A stretch of 33,000 bases of DNA from Sminthopsis crassicaudata. Taxonomy: Eukaryota. Shown piece by piece: positions 21,111 to 31,050 of the stretch. The DNA is taken from the NCBI RefSeq assembly GCF_048593235.1, contig NC_133620.1:118143852-118176851 (forward strand), written 5' to 3'. Every line of letters starts with the position of its first letter. Position 1 is the stretch's first letter. The notes beneath the pieces were generated by a model. It did no database searches. It was not told where the DNA came from and saw only the letters and a list, made by a program, of their open reading frames with translations. The translations under genes and the position numbers were made by a program.

Positions 21111-23119
21111 TCCTCAATACTTCCAAAAGACACAGCTGGATGCTTAGCAAAAGGATCCCCTTTTTTCTTCCATGCTCTTGGACATCATTCTCTCTCCTCC
21201 TTTCCCCCTTCAAAGTTCCCCTTGATGTTCACCGTAAGCAGATGTCATTTGCTTAAAAGGTATACGACAGTGACAATTTTCCCAGAACCTGAACCTCTTA
21301 GGGGTGGCCCTTCCCACCAGCCCCCCCCCCCCCCCTACACACACGCCTGTCCCAACTTCACAGCTACTGCCCAGCCCTTTGCCTAAGGAGCTGAAGTGAG
21401 AAGTGCTTTGAGCTGGGATGGCTTTTCTGGGTGATCCAAAAAGATACCGAAGGGTAGAGAGGAAGTCGATTTTCTCCTTGGCACGGTGCCCGGCATATAG
21501 TAGGTACTGCTGGTTGACTACTTGCCTGACTGCCTGAGGCTTCTATAGGGGAAGGGGAGATGACAGGAGATGGACACAAGGGCTTCTGCTTGTTCATCTG
21601 ACCATCTTTTCCCCAAATAACTCAGTTTACCTGCATTGCTCCAGGGAGGGGGAGGGGAGCATCCGTGGGAAGAGAGGAAACTCCAGAGTGAGATAGGATC
21701 CACTGTGTGATAATTATAATCATTACAGAAGTTCTTCCCCCCCTCCCACTGCCCCCTGGCCCAGCCCCACCCCAGGCAGCTTTGGATCTCAAAGCATCAT
21801 CGGGGCGGGTCTTCTCCCCATGGCACAGGTGGGATCTGAGACCTGAAAGAGGGGAAGGGGCTCAGCCAAGGCGGAGGTGGAGAGAAACTTTTAATCTTGG
21901 CACCCAGCCCAGCTCAGCCTTGCAGCTGCTCTCTGAACAGTATAGAAGAACTTGAAAAATGGGAAGCCTAAAAAAAAATGTGGATTTTTCTGCATTATCC
22001 TTGGGTTTTTCTCCTTGCTCATTTTTCTAAATCTGATAATCTGGTCTCCCAGACCCCAGTTTTCAATCCTGAACTTTTCCTTGACTTTCCACCCTCTTAC
22101 TTAATCTTTTAAATCGAATCCTACTAAAATTTCTCATGGCCCACTAGTCCCCCCTCACTAGATTATCGTATACTAAAAAAAGCTTTCAGATTTTCAAATC
22201 TTCACCAACCACCTGAAATTTTCTTCCTGCTGGGATCTTTTCCCAACCTAGGCTTTAACAGACATTTCTATTTCCTCAACCCTGTTTTTCTGTGGACCTG
22301 CCCAGTTGTGAAGTTTGGGATATTTTGGACAAAAGGTTCATACCTAGGGGATAGGTCTACTCCCTCTTTCTCTCCTACCTGGAACATCTTTACACAAAGA
22401 ACAACAGAGATAACCTTGAAGAAGAAAAAGATTGGGGATATCACAGATAGACACTGAAAGGAGTGACAGAGGAAGCACTTATGATAGCTGCCAATTCTAG
22501 CCGGACCATGGTTGAATGGGGATGAGGATGTTGGTCAAAGAGTTACAGGAATCCTCTGATAATTTTCCCTGGACTCCCACTATACATAAATTACCAACTG
22601 TCAAGTTAGGAAGGCTGTTTATATTTAAGACAGATTAATAGATTAAAAAAAAAAAATTAAGGGATTCCTTCCAGGTCCCTGTGCTTCTGGCTGAGGTGTT
22701 ATTGGAGAGGTATAAATGATGTTCTCATCAGCTCCCTGTTCCCAAAGTCCTTTGGCTAGCCCATGTCAAAAGTTCACTCCCAACTCTAAGGTCAGAGGTA
22801 GATGAAGGGAAGAGCCCAAATGTCATGGCCTTCCTTGACCTCCCACAAAGTTATAGGTTTTCTATTGGAGTCCTTGATTAGGGATCTCAGAGCATTCATT
22901 GAGTAGGGTTTATGTGATGATTGAAAGAAGGGACAAGGAGTGTAAACATATTCTCTCAGAGGCTACTTCTTAAGATTTTGGTAGACTAGGGTTTTGATAG
23001 GACAAATAGAGGATGTTTAAAATTCTAGGGAAATATTTATACACCACTTCCAGATGGGGAAACTGAGGAACAAAGGAAGAGAATCTACCTCCTCTCACAT
23101 TATGGAGATGAAAATCCAG

Positions 23120-24165
23120 GAATCGAGAAAGCCATTTTCATCCAGAGAGAGGGCTATGGAGACTGAATGTGGATCACAAAGTATTTTTACTTTTGTGAAA
23201 ATTGATTGTTTTTTGATTGTTTTTTCTTTCTCTTTTTTTCCCTTTTGATCTGATTTTTTCTTGTGCAGAACAACTATTTTTTATTTTTTTTTAATTCAGA
23301 ATTTTTTCCCACAGTATATATGCATGAGTAATTTTTTTTATAATATTATCCCTTGTATTCATTTTTCCAAATTATCTCCCCCTCCCTCCACTCCCTCCCC
23401 TCAATGGCAGGTATTCCCATACATTTTACATGTGTTACAATATAACCTAGATACAATATATGTGTGTAAATACCTTTTTCTTGATGCACATTAATTATTA
23501 GCTTCCGACGGTATAAGTAACCTGGGTAGATAGACAGTAGTGCTAACAATTTACATTCACTTCCCAGTGTTCCTTCTCTGGGTGTAGTTGTTTCTGTCCA
23601 TCATTGATCAACTGGAAGTGAGTTGGATTCTTCTTTATGTTGAAGATTTCCACTTCCATCAGAATACATCCTCATACAGTATCATTGTTGAAGTGTATAG
23701 TGATCTTCTGGTTCTGCTCATTTCACTCAGCATCAGTTGATGTAAGTCTCTCCAGGCCTCTCTGTATTCCTCCTGCTGGTCATTTCTTACAGAGCAATAA
23801 TATTCCATAACCTTCATATACCATAATTTACCCAACCATTCTCCAATAGATGGACATCCATTCATCTTCCAGTTTCTAGCCACTACGAAAAGAGCTGCCA
23901 CAAACATTTTGGCACATACAGGTCCCTTTCCCCTCTTTAGTATTTCTTTGGGATATAATCCCAATAGCATGTGCAGAACAACTATGGAAACATGTTTAGA
24001 AGAATTGCACTTGCTTAACCTATATTGGATGTCTTGCTGTCTAGGGAAGAGGAGAGGGGAGAAGGGAGAGAGAAAATTTTGGAACACAGGTTTTTGTAAG
24101 GGTGAATGTTGAAAATTATCTTTGCATGTATTTTGAAAAATAAAAAGCTATTATAAAAAGGGAGA
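23120..24165 (+). mobile_element. Older L1 3' UTR split by a nested younger L1
   Basis: 5' part 23120-23277 (gagactgaatgtggatcacaaag…cttttgatctgatttttcttgtgcagaacaactat) and 3' part 23970-24160 (…ggaacacaggtttttgtaagggtgaatgttgaaaattatctttgcatgtattttgaaaaataaaaag) join into one continuous L1 3' end. Confidence 0.85.
23278..23969 (-). mobile_element. 5'-truncated L1 (ORF2 C-terminus and 3' UTR) with perfect 16-bp TSD
   Basis: ORF 23659-24087 contains the L1 ORF2p C-terminus (LLGLYPKE…YYCSVRND…). TGTGCAGAACAACTAT at 23262-23277 and 23970-23985, with poly(T) directly after the left copy. Confidence 0.95.
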
Positions 24166-24344
24166 AGAGAATAGCATAAATAAGTGAATGAATGAACAAA
24201 TAAATAAATAAAGCTCCAGGAATCCTGACACCATTGACTAAGAGAAAAAGGGATAGTATATGGAGGAGGCAAGCATCAGATGGTCTGGGACATAGTCAGT
24301 ACCTTAAGGAGTAGCAAAATACTAGAATTGAGCTCTGGGTACCC

Positions 24345-24592
24345 TCCCTCATTAACCTTCCCCTCACTGACACTCACCTCTCCTTGACTCTCCTTACTGC
24401 CCCCCTTCATGATCCTTGCCTTCCCCTTCACTGACTTTCACTCCTCCTCATTGACCTTTCCTTATCACTGACTTCCTGAAAAATCTTTCTTCCTCACTGA
24501 TCTTTGCTGATCATTCTGCTTTAATGACCCTCCCTCAGTCCTCATTAGCCCTCAATTACACTGAACCTTTCCTCACTGACCCCTTCAATGGA
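24345..24592. repeat. Degenerate pyrimidine-rich tandem array, unit about CCCTCACTGAC
   Basis: Repeated variants ctcattaac, ctcactgac, ttcactgac, ctcattgac, atcactgac, ctcactgat, ctcattagc, ctcactgac separated by C/T spacers. Confidence 0.6.
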
Positions 24593-24780
24593 CCTTGAAG
24601 GTTCATCGTTGGCTCACCTATAGGTCTTTCTCCTAGACAATCGAAACCACAATTTTTCTTTTTAAATATTCTATTTCTTTTTTTCCCTTGTCTCTGTCCC
24701 TGTCAGTGTCTTTCTCTCTCCTCCTCACTCATTGAGATGCCAAACTGGAGTCTGACTGCCCTCTCTTAAGAGTGACCAAA

Positions 24781-24840
24781 GAGAGAGAGAAGGAGACAGA
24801 GAGACAGAGACAGAGACACAGACAGAGAGAGACAGAGAGA
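24781..24840. repeat. (GA)n/(GAGACA)n compound microsatellite
   Basis: Seen directly. Confidence 0.9.
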
Positions 24841-25039
24841 GTGTGTTGGGTGGGGGAAGGCCCAGTATGTGGATAAAGAATGTGGGAGTTTGGAGTCGAA
24901 TCACTTCCCTTTGGAATCACTTTCCAAATTGCTCAGTCATGTTACAGGTGGAACCACTGAGGCACCCGAATCCCTCCGTGTTCAGTCTAAAGGAGATACT
25001 TAATGCTCAGTACTTCTCAAGGAGGAATGATGGCTAGGG

Positions 25040-25715
25040 GAATGAGGAACATTAGTACTCACAGGCCTCCTGGCCAGCGGGGCTTGTCCTTTTCCTTCAG
25101 ATTGGGATGCTGTTGGTGAATTGTGTACTTTTGGTCAGATCATTCACCCTTTCTGGCCTGTTTCCCTTTATGTAAATCAAACTATACTTTCTCTAGCGAG
25201 GTTGAATTGCAAGGATTATCACACCCATTTAATAAATAAAGGAACTGCCGCTTTGAGGGAAGCCCTTTGATTTAGAGTTGGAAATGACCTTGGAGGTCAT
25301 CAGACCAACCCCTTCATTTTACAGATAAGACCAACCCCAAAGAGGGGGTGGTCACTTGTCCAAGTTCATACAGTGAATGGAGGATCAAGATTCGAACCCA
25401 GATCCTGTCTTAAATGACTTGTAATTGGTTATCTAGAAAGTAAAATTTAGAGTCAGGATTTGAACACATTTCTCCACTACATGATATTCATCTCGGTGAT
25501 TCCTTTCAGCTTTAAATCCTCTCATTCTCTTTAATCCATCCCTTTTCCCTGAATTGGGCTTGACTCAGCCTGGAATGGTAAAAAGAGCAATCGATTTACT
25601 CAGAAAATGTCACTGTGTATTACTCTGGGTAAGCGTCACCCTTATGGATCCCTTTAAAATAAAGGGGTTGGACTAAATAATCTCTATGGTCCCTTCTTCC
25701 AGCTCTAAATCCTAT
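25040..25715. mobile_element. Cluster of MIR-family fragments in both orientations
   Basis: Core fragments at about 25120-25220 (+), 25265-25420 (-; cccttcattttacagataag…acttgtccaagttcatacag) and 25540-25715 (+; ggactaaataatctctatggtcccttcttccagctctaaatcctatga). Confidence 0.65.
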
Positions 25716-25979
25716 GAGTCAAATAGTTCCCCAACAAGCACTGTGCCTATGAAGTGTGAGGTTCCCACACCCCCCCATTCTCCAGGAGAGATGGGGAGCC
25801 CAGAGCCCGGGATGTCTCCAGAAGCAGCAGGTCCCTGGCCTTCAGTGTGTGGCAATAGAATTCCACTCTTTGCTCGAGTTCTCTCCACCCATCCCGGCCC
25901 TGCCTCTGGGCAGCCCGGCTCTGCCCCCCTCCTTGGGGCCTGCCGCTGGGTACCCCCACTCTTCCCCACCACACATGGG

Positions 25980-26539
25980 GCTCAGGAGAGACATCCCAGT
26001 AGTCCCCCACCACCAACCCCACCCCAAACTGCCTCCCTATCCCACTAGCTCCTATTAGCCAGCCTGGTGGTGGGGGCGGTGGCTTCAGTGGTTCCTGTGC
26101 CAGGCCCGGCCCCTCTAAGACGCACCTGTTCTGACCTGCTAAGCAGGTTCCCAAGTTTCTGCTGCCGTCCGCCAGCCAGCCACGGCGTGGGAAGAGGCTC
26201 TGGGGGAGCTCAGAGCTCCTAGTCACGGCTTTTGGGGGGGAACTGCTGGGGACGGGGGAGGGTGGTGTGGGGCTGGGGCAGGGGATTCCCTGGCTGCCAC
26301 CTCGGTTCCTAAAACAGCCCTCCAAGTGGACACAGACCAGCACCAGGGGCTTTCAGGTGGGGCTGGACAGCTGCCTCTGGGAGCCGCTGACTTTCTCTTT
26401 CCGGAACCAGAGAGAGTGGGGTGGGGGAGATCTCTTCCTTTGGCCCCCACTCTGGGGGGGAAGCAGAGAAGCCAGCTGACTCCTAAGGCCTTCCTACATA
26501 CCTGCTTTCACCCCACCGACCCCGTCCCAGGACGCCAAG
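25980..26539 (+). promoter_or_regulatory. NECTIN4 promoter / 5' UTR region
   Basis: GC-rich, with GC box GGGGGCGG near 26071-26078, E-box CACCTG 26123-26128 and a palindrome at 26134-26148. There is no plus-strand ATG between 25978 and the start codon at 26540. The TSS cannot be determined from sequence. Confidence 0.65.
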
Positions 26540-26591
26540 ATGTGGCAGCAGAAGCCGTGGCTGGGGCTGCTCCTTGTTATCTCCTTCCCAG
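26540..26591 (+). CDS. NECTIN4: Nectin-4 (PVRL4) coding exon 1, signal peptide
   Basis: gccaagATG (A at -3) encodes MWQQKPWLGLLLVISFP(G) and ends at a strong donor CAG|GTAAGA, phase 1 as usual for Ig-superfamily leader exons. Aligns with recalled human MWGPEAWLLLLLLLASFTG. Divergent from KLHDC9, as in human synteny. I did not find exon 2 (GELETSD…) in the window. Confidence 0.85.
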
Positions 26592-27479
26592 GTAAGACAC
26601 CTACCTGAATTGCCTCTTAGAGCCTTTCCTCTCAGACTCCTTGCCCCCTCTCCCCCTTCCCTCCAGCGCCGACCCCCCACCTCCTGCTGTTCTTTACTCT
26701 GAGTCTGGTTCTGACATAAAGTTCCAAGTCTGCTCCTCCCTGTTGTAACTACCCCAGAAAAGTCACACCGTCCTCCCCCCCTCCCTGAGCCAAGCCCCTG
26801 GTTCTGATTATATTAAGTCAGGCTAATAGCTGTGTCCCGTGGTCCGGCTCCTGGGTGGGTTCGGAATCAGGTGTAGAGAACAGGGAAGGTGGAGAAGGCA
26901 GGAGAGCCGATGGGCAGGGCCAGCCTTGGAGGGGCTCCCTTGTCTTAAAACCAGACTTCCTTTGCTCATTTAGGGCTGGAGCTGGCACAGGGCTGGGGCT
27001 AAGGATTCCCAGTGGGGTAGATCAAAGATGGGTAGAGTTTCTGGCATCCTGATAGTCAGTACAACTTCTTGCCCCTCTGTGCCAGACCCAGGGGACTGGG
27101 ACCAGGATGCCTGTGAGTGTCAGGAGCCTCAGGGCAGGAGGATGCACAGGAAGGGGCTATCCTGAGCAGCAGAGCAGCCTCCTCTACCCCAGCCCCTCCC
27201 CTCATTGGGCAGACTAGCAGGTGCCTGGGTGGTTGTAGTGGGGGTTTAGGTGGGTGGGAGCCCTGGGTGGGGCCCCTTCTGGGCAAGGTGTGGTATTCCT
27301 GGGTCGGACCTCAGGGGCTACAGCTCCTCTGACCTCACCTCCTCCTCTGAGACCCTTTAATCCTGACCTGAAGGTGGGATTTCGTCTGTAGTGCTAAGGT
27401 TGGAAATGGGGTTGGGGGCGAGTGGGGACGGTTACAATGGGATGTGTGGGGGTATAGGATTCCAGGAGTATAAATCGTC

Positions 27480-27625
27480 GCTGGGAGAAACCTACAGCTA
27501 TAGTCCAACCCCTCCTTTTGTACTTGGGGAAACTAGGCCCAGAAAAGGCAGTGACTTGCCTGAGACCAAATCAGCATTAAGTTGTCAAAGCCAGAATGTG
27601 AATCCCAGATCCTCCCAATCCAGCA
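27480..27625 (-). mobile_element. MIR-family SINE fragment (NECTIN4 intron 1)
   Basis: ggggaaactaggcccagaaaaggcagtgacttgcctgagacc…gaatgtgaatcccagatcctccca. Confidence 0.65.
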
Positions 27626-28204
27626 CAACAGAGGATGCCTCCAGAAAGTTACCTGGGGATCTGCTACCGCCCCATCCTCGGCTCAGCAGCCCCGGGCTGG
27701 GCAGCGGAACTTTTTGGGTGGAAGTTGCATGTTCCCTTTCCTATGGGCTCCTGGCTAAGCTATGTGGGAGAGACCAGGTCCTTGCAAATAGGGGAGGGAG
27801 CCGCTGGGCTCATCCTCAGCTTCCTAGGCACTGAGCAGCACATCTCAGTCTCCCGAAATGCTTCCCCCTGCTTAGCCAGGGAAGGGGAGATGGGAAGGTC
27901 TCCGACTCCCCGGCCCTGATCTTACTGATCACCTGGACAGGTTAGGGTAGAGGACAGGTCACTTAATGTAACCCCCCCTCCTCCCATCCAGGAGGAGTCT
28001 TCGGCCACAGGAAGGAGTTAGAGACCCACAGTTAGGTGACAGAACTTTCCTACAACCCTTTGGCTAGAGGTCAGACACCCCACTGGGAACACAGGGTCAG
28101 GCTGTAACCTGTACTCTGGCCCTTTCCCTGAAGGTAAGGCCTCAGTTTTCCCTAGAATGTCTGAGTCACGTACCCAGTGCCAGACTCCAAAGGAGGCTCT
28201 TTGT

Positions 28205-28375
28205 AGGGGAATCAGGCTAGAAATCTGAATTGTGTTTCTAACTCAGAGACTTGCAGCCCGCATGACCCTAGATAAGTTACCTCACCCTTTGACTTGGTTA
28301 CTTCATCTGTGAAATGAGGGGGCTGGCCTAGGGGACCTTTAAGGTCCCTACCAGACCTAACGTTGCATGATTTCA
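28205..28375 (+). mobile_element. MIR3/MIR-like SINE
   Basis: catgaccctagataagttacctcacc…cttcatctgtgaaatgagggggctggcctaggggacctttaaggtccct. Confidence 0.65.
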
Positions 28376-29204
28376 TGGGCTCTCTCATCCTTTGTCTCCC
28401 TCTGACAGTGTGAGGGAGGTGAGCAAAGGGGAGATGGCTTAGGATGGGGAAGGGCCATGGGCCTCCTGGGGGGGGCCCTCTGGGAGGTCTCCCCGGTTCT
28501 GGATGAGCCTCCTCCTGGCCCCTTCCCCACCGGTGTGAGCCCTGGGAGCGGGGAGCCCCCGGGGCCCGGCCCCACCCGCCTCCTGGCAGGAGAAGCCCTG
28601 GCAGGAGAGGCGCCACTAACACCACACTCCTTTGTCTCTCCTTAATGGGATGAGTTTCCGGGTGAGGTCCCCTCCCAGCCTCCCCTCTGTCCGCCCCGGG
28701 GCTGGGGGTGTGCGTGTGTGCGGACAGACTGGGCTGCCTGTCCCTGGCACCCGGCCCCTGACCCCGGAGCTGACGGCAGGCCTTCATGCCCAGGGAGCAG
28801 GGGCGCTTGGGGTACAGGCTCCTGGACTTAGGCCAGAGCCACGGGAGACTCAGCCTGCCCTGGGGCTCAAGCTCAGTTTCCCTGACTGAAGCTAGTTCCT
28901 AGAAAGGGAGGGGCCCTCAGCCCCGGTTTCTCTGCTTCTGTTTACATAAGGGGAGGGGGTGTCAGTCTTTTCCACGAGATTTACCCAAACTAGGAGAATG
29001 GAGGACGGATTCTCCTGCTCGGGAAGGGAGCATCCCAGGGGAGTTCTGGGAGCATCTACCCCTTCCTTCCAAAGATTGTCTTTCTGAGGGAGATGGAAGG
29101 GAGGGTGCAGTGGCAAGGAGCATAGCTCAGGGGGGAGAGTTATAGCTCTGGAGAGAAGGAAAATGTGGGTTGAGGGCAGTGAGGAGGGGCAGGGGATAGA
29201 GAAC

Positions 29205-29340
29205 CAGTGGATAGAGCACCAGCCCTGTCAGGAGGACCTGAGTTCAAATCTGCTCTCAGATACTCAACACCTCCTAGCTGTGTGACCCTGGGCAAGTCAC
29301 TTAAGCCCAATTGCCTCAGGGGAAAAAGAAAAAAAAAGAA
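29205..29340 (+). mobile_element. WSINE1-like SINE (5' end altered)
   Basis: cagtggatagagcacc…ggaggacctgagttcaaatc…tgtgtgaccctgggcaagtcacttaagcccaattgcctc plus A tail. Confidence 0.85.
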
Positions 29341-30559
29341 ATTCGGGTTCAACTCTAACTAGTAGTTTTAACCATAGACAAAGTCACCTCAACTCTCTCA
29401 AGGTAATCCTCTTTCCATTTCCCCCCAGGGCTTTTATGGAGAAAGTGCTCTGTAAAACATTATTAGAGAGGCACTGGTCATTAAGGGGAAAGAAACACAG
29501 GAGCTCCCTAAGGGTCCCTGCGGCTGTCAGAGTCGTTTGCTTTCTAAAGGTCCTCTTTGGATCAGGGTCCTGGGTAGCAGGAATACCTGACCCAAAATCT
29601 TCCCCTTATCTCATGCCCTGGTAGCTCCACAGGCGCAGAGTGGGGCAAGGAACCCTGGCGTCCGGACCTACAGGAGCCCCTTGTTGCCCCCAACAATGCC
29701 CACTGAAGCCTAAGGAGAGGAAAACGATTCCAAGCTGGCAGGACGCTCTAGAACCCAGACCTGGAACCTGGATTCTAGAACGTCTTCCCTGGAGTCTAAA
29801 GCAAGACTTCCAACGCCAGAAGTGGCCTGTCATCCGCCCTCAGGGTGGGGTGGTAGGGACTCCAGGGGTGGGGGCAGCCTTTGCTCTTTCCCTGAGCAGG
29901 GCTGGGCTTACAGGATCTCTAAGTCCCTTCCAAACTAGTAGCTGCTCCCTGTGGTCCCCTCCCTGGGATGGAGCTGGGGATGGGGCCGAGCCACCAGGGA
30001 GCTGGCTGCCAGCTAGTGGGGCTGGCTTTGCAGGGAGTTCTGAGGGGGGGCGGGAAGGGAGGAGGTGACTGGCAGTTGTGGGGAAGGAGGCTGAGGTTGG
30101 GAGCTTGGGAGTCTTGGGTCTCCCACCCACAGTGTGGCTGCTTCGGTGACTCAGCTAGGCTCAGACTCTGGCTCCGGGGGGTTTAGGGGACTTATCTAAG
30201 CTGGGAGCTCTGTCTGGGCCAGAGTTGAGGCTGCCTTCAAACACCCCCCCCCCCAGTTCATTGTTCTCAGCTTCTTTTGTGCAGACAAGCTCGGAATGGC
30301 CCCCTCCTCATCATTAATCTGGCAGTGGGCTGCATGCCCAGCCCCACAGGCTCTCACTAAGCTGGGGGGTTTAGGGCAATGAAGATGGGAACATGGGAAG
30401 GCAAAACAGGAGCTGGGACTTTCCTGGTTTGCTCACTCTGGGACCCCATGTGATATTGGGTATATTGTGGAGAAATAAGTTCTTGACCTCATCCAGTGAC
30501 CACCCCTTCCCCCAGGTCACTGACCCTTCCTACACATACACAAGCAAGTTAACTGAAGA

Positions 30560-31050
30560 AGGAAAGCAAACAAGCATTTATTAAGCTCTTGGTGTATGCC
30601 AGACACTGTGGGAAGCACTTTCAGAATATTTCATTTGATCTTCACAAACAACCCCTGGAGATAGATGTTACCACCGTGCCCATTTGAAGGTTGAGATCAA
30701 TCATTGCCCAGTGACATATTTTAGTAAGCATCTGAGGGCAGAATTAAACTCAGGTATTCTTAAGGCAGATAAGACAGAGCACTAGACAATACTCGAGAAG
30801 CTCTGAGTTCAAATATCATTTACTAGAAACCCGTCTTTGGACAGGTTTTTAAAATTTGTCTGCCTCAGTTTTCTCAACTATAAAGTGGGGATAATAATAG
30901 CCCCTGCCTTCCAGAGTTGTGAGGATCAAATGAGATAATATGTGTAAATAATTTAGTGCAATGTTTGACACGCAGCAGATATTTAATAAATGTCTGTTCT
31001 CTGTCTGACTCCAGGTCCAGCTGTCTATCCACTACTCCACTTAGCACAGA
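30560..31050. mobile_element. Adjacent MIR copies in opposite orientations with L2-like tails
   Basis: 30560-30770 minus (catttattaagc…atttcatttgatcttcacaaacaaccc). 30770-30990 plus (ctgcctcagttttctcaactataaagtgggg…gttgtgaggatcaaatgagataat…ttaataaatg). Confidence 0.7.

Noticed and set aside
25686-26595. ORFs of 70-198 aa around the NECTIN4 promoter
   Set aside because: Pro/Gly/Ser-rich GC shadow ORFs, many with non-ATG starts. Only the 52-nt signal-peptide exon has homology and a splice donor.
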